A DNA stretch of 7,057 bases from IMG/VR virus record IMGVR_UViG_2645728091_000009. The stretch is one strand, 5' to 3'. The notes under the pieces are model-generated. The model was given only the letters and a program-made list of their open reading frames with translations. It did not search any database and was not told the origin of the DNA. The stretch is from a virus (Duplodnaviria > Heunggongvirae > Uroviricota > Caudoviricetes). Below are positions 1 through 5,998 of the stretch, one piece after another (the first letter of the stretch is position 1; every line of letters begins with the position of its first letter). A program made the translations under genes and the position numbers.

Positions 1-55
1 GGAGGAAGGAAACTACCGGATGGAAAGAGTCCCCCTAAAGCAGACTGACAGACAT

Positions 56-93
56 CACAAATCCCCGGGTGGGGATTTGTGTATAAGAGACAG
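56..93. repeat. Perfect 11-bp inverted repeat (56-66 CACAAATCCCC / 71-81 GGGGATTTGTG, loop GGGT) whose right arm runs into a 19-mer (75-93) resembling a Tn5/IS50 transposon end
   Basis: Read directly: the arms are exact reverse complements. Reverse complement of 75-93 is CTGTCTCTTATACACAAAT; the first 16 nt are identical to the Tn5 mosaic end CTGTCTCTTATACACATCT as I recall it (17/19 overall). No transposase ORF in the window. Confidence 0.5.
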
Positions 94-181
94 CCGCACA
101 GGGGGATTCACCATGCCAGTTTCTTTTAACAAACTCCCCGCAAACCAGACAACAGTCAACCGCCTGAATTGTGAGACATTT

Positions 182-207
182 AAAAAAAAGGCCCGCAAAA
201 GCGAGCC
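182..207 (-). terminator. Rho-independent terminator candidate downstream of the tRNA cluster
   Basis: Minus-strand RNA GGCUCGC-UUUU-GCGGGCC (7-bp stem with one G.U) followed by eight U (plus-strand A run 182-189). Confidence 0.55.
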
Positions 208-221
208 AGGGAAAATAAGTG

Positions 222-298
222 TGGCGCGTTGTACTGGATTCGAACCAGTGACCGATTGCTTAGAAGGCAATTGCTCTGTCCGGCTGAGCTAACAACGC
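222..298 (-). tRNA. argO: tRNA-Arg, anticodon UCU (argO-like, third gene of an ileZ-argN-argO type phage cluster)
   Basis: Manual cloverleaf on minus strand: acceptor GCGTTGT/ACAACGC, D stem GCTC/GAGC, anticodon stem ATTGC/GCAAT with loop CTTCTAA, T stem ACTGG/CCAGT with loop TTCGAAT, discriminator G, encoded CCA. Symbol assigned by anticodon and gene order from memory of Stx-type phages, not by search. Confidence 0.8.
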
Positions 299-311
299 AT
301 GATGCAGATAA

Positions 312-388
312 TGGACCGCCATCGGGGACTTGAACCCCGCGCAGCCAGCTTCGAAGGCTGGCGCTCTATCCCGATGAGCTAATGGCGG
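312..388 (-). tRNA. argN: tRNA-Arg, anticodon UCG (argN-like)
   Basis: Manual cloverleaf: acceptor CCGCCAT/ATGGCGG (C1-G72), D stem GCTC/GAGC, anticodon stem CCAGC/GCTGG with loop CTTCGAA, T stem CGGGG/CCCCG with loop TTCAAGT, encoded CCA. Symbol by analogy only. Confidence 0.75.
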
Positions 389-395
389 TATGTGA

Positions 396-471
396 TGGTG
401 GCCCTTGCTGGATTTGAACCAGCGACCTGGCGATTATGAGTCGCTCGCTCTCACCACTGAGCTAAAGGGCC
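396..471 (-). tRNA. ileZ: tRNA with anticodon CAU (Met or lysidine-modified Ile2; ileZ-like)
   Basis: Manual cloverleaf: acceptor GGCCCTT/AAGGGCC, D stem GCTC/GAGC, anticodon loop CTCATAA, T stem GCTGG/CCAGC with loop TTCAAAT, discriminator A, encoded CCA. Met versus Ile2 identity cannot be decided from sequence alone. Confidence 0.8.
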
Positions 472-511
472 GGGAGCCGCATAATAACGACGCGTAATTA
501 ATTCTTCAATA

Positions 512-1570
512 TCATCCGTTCTGGCTGACTAAATCCTGTACTTCCCGAACCGTCTGCTCAAAACGTTCAGTCTCCAGCTCAACGCCAATTGCACGACGCC
601 CGAGCGCCAGTGCCGCTTTCACTGTCGAACCCGACCCCATGAAAAAATCTGCAATCAGGTCACCCGGACGACTGCTAGCGCTGATTATCTGCTGCAGCAT
701 TTCTGCCGGTTTTTCGCACGGATGTTTCCCGGGATAGAACTGCACCGGTTTATGCGTCCACACATCGGTATACGGCACCTGCACCGTCACGCCAAAATAC
801 CGCCGCAGATGCTTATATTCACTCAGCAGTTCCATATACTGCCGGTTCAGCTCACTGTATGTGCTGACCAGTTGGTAATGGGACTTTTCCAGTTCTCCCC
901 GCTGATGTTTCTCTTCTGCCACCCGGGCAAACAGCGACTGTAATTTCAGATAATCGCTTTCGTTCGGTAGCTGCCACTGACTGGCACTGAACCAGTGCGA
1001 CACCATGTTTTTCTTTCCTGTGGCATCTGCAATCTGTTTTGCCGTTATCCCAAGAGCAGCACGCGCATCACGAAAGTAAGAAATCAGCGGGGCCATCACA
1101 TGCTGTTTCAGTGCCCTGCCCTTCGCCTCATCGCCATCATCTTTCGGACGATACGGCCCCTGATAATGTTCCGCGAACAGAATGCGTTCTGTGGCCGGAA
1201 AATACGCCCGCAGGCTTTCCTTGTTGCACCCGTTCCAGCGTCCGGACGGCTTCGCCCAGATAATATGGTTCAGCACATTGAAGCGTTCACGCATCATGAT
1301 TTCAATGTCAGATGCCAGGCGATGGCCACAGAACAGGTAAAGACTTCCGGCAGGTTTCAGCACCCGCCAGAACTGCGCCAGACACTGGTCCAGCCACTTC
1401 AGGTAATCATCGTCGCCCTTCCACTGGTTATCCCAGCCCTCGGGCTTCACTTTAAAGTATGGCGGGTCTGTGACTATCAGATCGACAGAGTTTTCCGGTA
1501 AGGTCTGGATAAATTCCAGGCAATCAGCGTTGATTAACTCACAACTGGATATTTTTACAGTATTAGCCAT
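512..1570 (-). CDS. DNA methyltransferase, beta-class amino-MTase (N6-adenine or N4-cytosine), probable phage orphan methylase
   Basis: 352-aa ORF. DPPY motif (motif IV) at residues 35-38 (IVTDPPYF) and AdoMet-binding FxGxG motif near the C-terminus (DFFMGSGST, about residue 300). Motif order IV then I defines the beta class. No adjacent restriction endonuclease gene. Confidence 0.8.
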   Translation of the reverse strand: MANTVKISSCELINADCLEFIQTLPENSVDLIVTDPPYFKVKPEGWDNQWKGDDDYLKWLDQCLAQFWRVLKPAGSLYLFCGHRLASDIEIMMRERFNVLNHIIWAKPSGRWNGCNKESLRAYFPATERILFAEHYQGPYRPKDDGDEAKGRALKQHVMAPLISYFRDARAALGITAKQIADATGKKNMVSHWFSASQWQLPNESDYLKLQSLFARVAEEKHQRGELEKSHYQLVSTYSELNRQYMELLSEYKHLRRYFGVTVQVPYTDVWTHKPVQFYPGKHPCEKPAEMLQQIISASSRPGDLIADFFMGSGSTVKAALALGRRAIGVELETERFEQTVREVQDLVSQNG

Positions 1571-1710
1571 AGATCAATAAGCACTTCTCTGATAGGCTCA
1601 TACCGCTTTTGCGCAAAGCAGATGGGCCTGAGGTTTGCTTGTGACCCCAACGCATGAGCAGATGGCTGGCAGGTGCCGCTAACACCCACCAGCCGCCCAT
1701 TACCACAAAT

Positions 1711-1734
1711 AAAAAAGCCTTCACTGAGGAAGGC
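1711..1734 (-). terminator. Rho-independent terminator candidate overlapping the stop of the 106-aa ORF
   Basis: Minus-strand RNA GCCUUC-CUCAGU-GAAGGC (6-bp stem) followed by UUUUUU (plus A run 1711-1716). Confidence 0.5.
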
Positions 1735-2041
1735 GTCTGTAACAACCGAACTGATAATCTGCCAGACCCGCCATAACAAGCTGGGTCAGTATTAACTGGC
1801 AGCGTTCGCGTGAAAGATAAGTGTTCTGCGCAATTTCCCCGGCGGTCGCCGGTTCGGTGACGCTTAATTCATTAAACACCACTCTGGCGGTTTCGGTCAT
1901 ATCCTGCTGTTTTAGCATGCCTTTTTCCATTTTCCGGTTAACGTGACATACCAATAACTCTTGTCGAAAAAGCCAGCAAGTTGAAAGACCGGTATTAGCA
2001 ACCACCAGCGCGTTTAACGCCCCGTGCCGTTTTTCAGTCAT
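1721..2041 (-). CDS. Hypothetical small protein; C-terminal half looks like a helix-turn-helix/winged-helix DNA-binding fold
   Basis: 106-aa ORF. The annotated ATG directly abuts the U-tract of the upstream terminator with no Shine-Dalgarno; internal Met codons (residues 38, 42, 48) are possible true starts. Segment ATAGEIAQNTYLSRERCQLILTQL resembles an HTH. Weak call. Confidence 0.3.
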   Translation of the reverse strand: MTEKRHGALNALVVANTGLSTCWLFRQELLVCHVNRKMEKGMLKQQDMTETARVVFNELSVTEPATAGEIAQNTYLSRERCQLILTQLVMAGLADYQFGCYRRLPQ

Positions 2042-2063
2042 AAAAAAACCCGCAAAAAGCGGG
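2042..2063 (-). terminator. Rho-independent terminator immediately downstream of the Q-like gene (tR'-like position)
   Basis: Minus-strand RNA CCCGC-UUUUU-GCGGG followed by seven U (plus A run 2042-2048). Position matches lambda tR' (established lambdoid layout). Confidence 0.6.
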
Positions 2064-2142
2064 CTCTTTCAAATGTCTATGTCTGCTATTCGCCTCGCGG
2101 TACAGCTTTGCGAAGCTTACCGGAATTGAAGCAGTTTTTACG

Positions 2143-2709
2143 TCAAAAAGCAATAACTTTTTTCTCTATACCAAAAGCCATAACCATTGGTTTGTACAAA
2201 ATAAATTCTGCCACCTTTAGCCAATGCTCAATGCGTCTTTCACAGGTTCTTAAACTCCATTCCGGATGTGCATCATTCAGCAGTTCAGCCATTTTGCGCT
2301 TAGTCATCCCCCGCCCCACATAACGCTGACTCAGAACATTGAGCAGCCCGGAATAACCTGCCAGTACTTCACCAATAACCCTGTCGATTATTAACGCCTC
2401 TGAATCGGTACAATGTGCCAGCCAGCTTTTTTGATTGCCGTTGATCATATCCCGCAAAAAAGCCTCAAGTTCAGGTTTGTCCAGACCCGCTTTTTTCATC
2501 CTCCGGAGCGCCTCGTTAATTGCCGTTTTTGTCAGCTTTTTAGAGGTCAGTAATTGGTTGAACATATTTCCCGTCTTACCGTCGCCAATATACGACCAAC
2601 GCCCCCACATACGCAGTTTCCCCTGGATCCAGACACTTTCCAGCGTTTTCAGGCGTAAATGCTCACCGCTTTTGCCTGTAATTTCCGGGTATATCATATT
2701 TATGCTCAC
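2143..2709 (-). CDS. Late-gene antitermination protein Q candidate (phage 82 / QuuD-like family)
   Basis: 188-aa ORF whose start overlaps the rusA stop (ATGA). Sits in the canonical rusA -> Q position. Motif RMWGRWSYIG...QLLTSKK resembles the WGxW...LITSK region of QuuD-type Q proteins as I recall them. Not confirmed by search. Confidence 0.55.
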   Translation of the reverse strand: MSINMIYPEITGKSGEHLRLKTLESVWIQGKLRMWGRWSYIGDGKTGNMFNQLLTSKKLTKTAINEALRRMKKAGLDKPELEAFLRDMINGNQKSWLAHCTDSEALIIDRVIGEVLAGYSGLLNVLSQRYVGRGMTKRKMAELLNDAHPEWSLRTCERRIEHWLKVAEFILYKPMVMAFGIEKKVIAF

Positions 2710-3071
2710 TCACTTTCAATTTTGTAAATCTTCACGCCCAGCCGCCCACCAGAAACGAGCTGACCGCGCACAATATTGATTTCATCAAACTGCTCGTCGT
2801 CTATAAGTAGTCCGGCATGCGTAAGCGCATCCAGTGGTGCCTTCAGGATATTGTCCAGGTCGCGGCGGCGCTTATCCGGTGGCTCTGCAATAATCTTTAT
2901 CGCCAGCCTTCCGGACAGGTTTAATTTCAGCCGCTGCTGGCGAACAATAAGTGCCACATCCCGGCGATAACGCTCACCGGCTTTTGACACAAAATATGTG
3001 CTGCCACGACGTCGCCAGTAGGTGTTCACCGTCGGCGGGTAAGGCAAAACAAATTCTATGCGTTCAGTCAT
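2706..3071 (-). CDS. rusA: Crossover junction endodeoxyribonuclease RusA (Holliday junction resolvase)
   Basis: 121-aa ORF with the RusA hallmarks: N-terminal PYPPTVNTYWRRRG, DKRRRDLDN catalytic acidic cluster, LDALTHAGLLIDDEQ; size matches 120-aa RusA. Confidence 0.9.
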   Translation of the reverse strand: MTERIEFVLPYPPTVNTYWRRRGSTYFVSKAGERYRRDVALIVRQQRLKLNLSGRLAIKIIAEPPDKRRRDLDNILKAPLDALTHAGLLIDDEQFDEINIVRGQLVSGGRLGVKIYKIESE

Positions 3072-4127
3072 TCATGCTTTCCACTTCAGGACACCCGAAT
3101 TTCTCGCGTGCATTAAAAAACGAATCAGCAACAACAGCTGGCTGCCGTGTTTTTCTTCAAAATCTTTTACCCCGGCGTGCAGTTCGTTATGACATTTACG
3201 GCACAGCGGAATAACAAACAAATCATCAGCCTTTGTTCCCATCCCTCCCAGTCCATGACCAATGATGTGATGCGGATCATCTGCCTGATTACCGCACGTC
3301 ATGCATTTCTGCGTTTTTACCCAGCGCGTGTATACAGGCATCTCTTCCCGTTGTGGTTTCTGGCGCTGGAGATACTGAGCCGGTGACTCCGGATCAACGG
3401 CAATGCTGACCACCGTCTTTTCCTGTGGCGGGTTTTGCTGGTGGGCGTGAGGCAGCAGCGCAAGATTTTTTGTGCGCTGCTTCAGTATGCTGGTGGCGGT
3501 CTGCTCTCCCGGTACGATGTCGCTTTCGCGGTACACCGAGCGGATTTTTTCCGCACGCAATCCCAGAGAACGACGTAATACTGCCTCCGGCAATACGTCC
3601 GCTACCTGATTGCAGACCGCCCACCAGGATAATTCAGCCAGCGATAACTCCCGCTCCTGTGTACCGTTTATTGCGTGGCGGATGACGTCAATCATCCAGG
3701 ATGTCAGGTTTTGTTGAGCAAGTTGCCCGAGTGATTCTGAAGTCTGGTCGCGTAACTGATTATCACAGTGCCAGCACAATACCATCGCGCCGGTACCGTA
3801 ACGATGTATGACGGTTTCACTGTGGTGGTAGTCACCATGAGGCCACTGGCAGGATTTAACATGGCGTAACAGCCAGTCAGACAATGCGCCAGCGCCGCCA
3901 GCAGCACGAGTCACCCGCTCATCGCTGAAAAATGGCAGTAATGATTTATCTTCCGCGAGCGGCTGGCGCACGGCAGGAACAGCTCCTGACGGCAGACCGC
4001 GCATGCTTTTCGGTTCCGGCTCCACCAGCACCCGGGGATTATGAAATACCTGTATGGATTCACGGCCCGGCTTAAGGACCACCAGCCCGAGTTCCGGTAC
4101 CAGAACAGGTCGAAGTAATACCCGCAC
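3072..4127 (-). CDS. YdfU-like (DUF968) prophage protein with a C-terminal YbcO/DUF1364-like Cys/His zinc-binding, putative nuclease domain
   Basis: 351-aa ORF, translationally coupled to both neighbours. C-terminal CMTCGNQADDPHHIIGHGLGGMGTKADDLFVIPLCRKCHNELH follows the C..C...H...G..GTK..DL...C..CH.E pattern I recall for YbcO-type proteins. Size matches Qin YdfU (349 aa). Confidence 0.75.
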   Translation of the reverse strand: MRVLLRPVLVPELGLVVLKPGRESIQVFHNPRVLVEPEPKSMRGLPSGAVPAVRQPLAEDKSLLPFFSDERVTRAAGGAGALSDWLLRHVKSCQWPHGDYHHSETVIHRYGTGAMVLCWHCDNQLRDQTSESLGQLAQQNLTSWMIDVIRHAINGTQERELSLAELSWWAVCNQVADVLPEAVLRRSLGLRAEKIRSVYRESDIVPGEQTATSILKQRTKNLALLPHAHQQNPPQEKTVVSIAVDPESPAQYLQRQKPQREEMPVYTRWVKTQKCMTCGNQADDPHHIIGHGLGGMGTKADDLFVIPLCRKCHNELHAGVKDFEEKHGSQLLLLIRFLMHARNSGVLKWKA

Positions 4128-4128
4128 G

Positions 4129-4407
4129 TTACCTCCAGATACGCTGCTGGAATGTGCGGGACGGAAGCGGTGGGCGTTCAGAGTAAGGCAGTCTGACTGA
4201 GATTATCCAGTGTCGGAAGTCGAAGCTGAGGTCTTTCTGAAACTCGTAACCACGTCCGCGGTAGTTCTGAATTAGCCACTCTGCCTGCTCTTCAGTACAT
4301 GGATCATGCTGGAACCAGTCAGATTTGAATGCATGAGAACGCCGCCCGTGCCTGCTGGCAAAGACGGCTGAATTATCAGAATTGTGTTGTCTGGAATTTT
4401 GCGCCAT
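4129..4407 (-). CDS. Hypothetical protein (92 aa), first gene of the ydfU-rusA-Q operon
   Basis: Good RBS (GGAGAAAG about 7 nt upstream of the ATG at 4407); stop 1 nt before the start of the downstream 351-aa gene. No recognisable motif. Confidence 0.55.
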   Translation of the reverse strand: MAQNSRQHNSDNSAVFASRHGRRSHAFKSDWFQHDPCTEEQAEWLIQNYRGRGYEFQKDLSFDFRHWIISVRLPYSERPPLPSRTFQQRIWR

Positions 4408-4473
4408 CGGCTTTCTCCGGTGGCACAGTGTTACTCAACAGGGGTTCAGCCCTGCGCTGAATTGTAGATGAAT

Positions 4474-4782
4474 TCACTCATCTTCAAAAGCAGAAAAACC
4501 AGCCTTAATCCCAGCTTCTTTCAGAGACGGCAACGATGTGACAAATTCATTTGCACGCAAAATAAAACCATCCGTCACAAGCCCATCCACCAAATGAATT
4601 AACGCAGCTCCACTCTTCCTTTGTTGAGACTGTAAACATTTAATACGGCAGTGGCTGACAATAGCGCCATTCTCAACGCGCACAGTATAGAGGCCATCCT
4701 CACTAAAAATTTCACGTAATTCTTCGATTTTCATCAACAGAATCCTTCCAGATAAATAGCACTCCCCCTGTTCGGGGTCCAT
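4474..4782 (-). CDS. Hypothetical small protein (102 aa from the ATG at 4782, or 86 aa from the internal ATG at 4734)
   Basis: Both candidate starts have purine-rich RBS (GGGAGAAGAGGG before 4782; GGAAGGA 8 nt before 4734). Lies in the AT-rich island just downstream of the cassette terminator. No recognisable domain. Confidence 0.5.
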   Translation of the reverse strand: MDPEQGECYLSGRILLMKIEELREIFSEDGLYTVRVENGAIVSHCRIKCLQSQQRKSGAALIHLVDGLVTDGFILRANEFVTSLPSLKEAGIKAGFSAFEDE

Positions 4783-4817
4783 CCCTCTTCTCCCTGCGCG
4801 CTACTTAAGTATTTTTG

Positions 4818-4847
4818 ATTCTATTCTGGCACCGTCCAAAACTTCAA
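4818..4847 (-). promoter_or_regulatory. Candidate sigma70 promoter for the 4474-4782 ORF
   Basis: On minus strand: -35 TTGAAG (plus 4842-4847), 18-nt spacer, -10 TAGAAT (plus 4818-4823). Hexamer matching only. Confidence 0.3.
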
Positions 4848-4867
4848 ACACGTTGAAAATAAAAACA

Positions 4868-4887
4868 AAAAACCCGCCGAAGCGGGT
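4868..4887 (-). terminator. Rho-independent terminator after the HTH-peptidase gene; left copy of a 20-bp direct repeat
   Basis: Minus-strand RNA ACCCGC-UUCG-GCGGGU followed by UUUUUUGUUUUU. The 20-mer AAAAACCCGCCGAAGCGGGT (plus strand) is identical to 6703-6722. Confidence 0.7.
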
Positions 4888-4891
4888 ATAC

Positions 4892-5998
4892 TCAAACAAT
4901 CTGGAAAATATTTCTTGGATTTGTAATAGGTCTGTTGATGGAGAACAACTCACGAATTAAATCTTGGCTCAAGCCAGTTTTCATAAGAATTCTTAGCCAA
5001 GTTGCATCATCCAGCATTTCAATCGCCTCGGCCAGCATGCCGGGTTCTTCAGGGCGCAAAAGTTCATCACCAGGTTCAACTCTCGTATACCCTCTGGAAT
5101 TAAGATGCATATAGCCAGTTCTTGCCTGTTCCTGGGTCAATAAGCCTAATGCGCTGGCTCGATAAATACACATTTTAAGGCTGATTTTCCATCTAAGTTT
5201 AAATTCAACCAGAGCATTCCAGTCGAATTGCTTACCTCGTATTCGTGGAAATTCTTTAATGAAAGATAACCTGGGAACTAATAAGGCGCTCGAAAAGTGA
5301 TCGGCTTGTGATTCCGTAAGTTTATCACCTGTCGTTATGCCCTCATGCATTACTAAATGCCCTAATTCATGACCTAAATCAGAGCGAAATCTACATATGC
5401 TTTTTTTAACATTGTTCCTGATGATAACAGGCCTGTTATTGTGAACAGTAAAAGCATCAACACGATCATCGACTCCCGTAACATGCGCAACGATTACCCC
5501 TAAACTCTCCGCCAATTTAACCATTGATGATATAGGGCCAAGACCTAAATTCCAGGCACGGCGACAATCTTCTGCCACTCGCTCAATATCATTCGGAGTA
5601 AGTAATTCAGCCCCTGGGTGCTCCGGTATGTTAACGTCAGGAAATTCGATTTCACCTTCAACAGCAGAAATTATAATATTAAGAATCTCAGCCCTGGCCA
5701 ATACACTATTAGTCAGCGTTTGAGTCCTGGACTTCTTACTCCGAAAATGGCAGACATCACTTTCCAGAGCGTATTTTCGTTCAGTAAAAAGAAAACTGGA
5801 CTTAATCATAAGCGCTGAAGATATTAACTCAAGACATTGCTCCGATGGCCTGCACCCCTTCTCCAGTTTGCTAACGAATTGCTTTGTCTTGCCAATTTTT
5901 TCGGCTAACTCTTCACAAGAAAGCCCAACAGCCATTCTCGCTAGTTTGAGCTTATCACCCCGATACTCAGTGAAGTTATTCACCTGATGTTCCATCAC
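4892..5998 (-). CDS. XRE-family HTH fused to an ImmA/IrrE-type (COG2856, Peptidase_M78) Zn-metallopeptidase; candidate antitoxin/regulator of a two-gene module
   Basis: 368-aa ORF. N-terminal HTH (LKLARMAVGLSCEELAEKIGKTKQFVSKLEKGCRPS). HExxH at residues 210-214 (HELGH) with downstream ESQADHFSSALLVP matching the E...A..FA..LL.P third-ligand region of ImmA/IrrE peptidases. About 120 aa of C-terminal extension without recognisable motif. Start (GTG 5998 or ATG 5995) overlaps the upstream gene. Confidence 0.88.
   Translation of the reverse strand: MMEHQVNNFTEYRGDKLKLARMAVGLSCEELAEKIGKTKQFVSKLEKGCRPSEQCLELISSALMIKSSFLFTERKYALESDVCHFRSKKSRTQTLTNSVLARAEILNIIISAVEGEIEFPDVNIPEHPGAELLTPNDIERVAEDCRRAWNLGLGPISSMVKLAESLGVIVAHVTGVDDRVDAFTVHNNRPVIIRNNVKKSICRFRSDLGHELGHLVMHEGITTGDKLTESQADHFSSALLVPRLSFIKEFPRIRGKQFDWNALVEFKLRWKISLKMCIYRASALGLLTQEQARTGYMHLNSRGYTRVEPGDELLRPEEPGMLAEAIEMLDDATWLRILMKTGLSQDLIRELFSINRPITNPRNIFQIV

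Noticed and set aside
75-93. Nextera/Tn5 adapter contamination as the explanation for the mosaic-end-like 19-mer
   Set aside because: The match breaks after 16 nt and the flanking sequence is not adapter sequence; the motif is embedded in a perfect genomic-looking hairpin. Kept as a finding rather than dismissed, but not called a mobile element.
1-221. Shiga toxin (stxA) or lysis gene start downstream of the tRNA trio
   Set aside because: No ORF on the minus strand in 1-221 begins with a Stx A-subunit or holin-like sequence; any such cargo would be beyond the window edge.
20-292. Plus-strand 90-aa ORF preceded by a strong-looking Shine-Dalgarno (GGAGGAAGGA)
   Set aside because: It runs antisense through the hairpin, the terminator and into the argO-like tRNA gene; the translation is low-complexity and unprotein-like. 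The minus-strand ORF 55-270 is rejected for the same reason.
722-1501. Plus-strand ORFs 722-943, 995-1501 and 1039-1263
   Set aside because: Entirely antisense to the well-supported methyltransferase CDS; Cys/His/Arg-rich translations typical of spurious antisense frames.
1555-1779. Minus-strand ORFs of 60 and 74 aa between the methyltransferase and the 106-aa ORF
   Set aside because: They overlap the methyltransferase start and the terminator at 1711-1734, have no RBS, and have implausible composition; more likely a promoter/leader region.
2024-3907. Plus-strand and alternative-frame ORFs (2024-2323, 2435-2779, 2776-2970, 2951-3214, 3147-3386, 3394-3624, 3425-3685, 3704-3907)
   Set aside because: All lie antisense to or out of frame within the Q-like, rusA and ydfU-like genes, which have stronger support (motifs, synteny, translational coupling).
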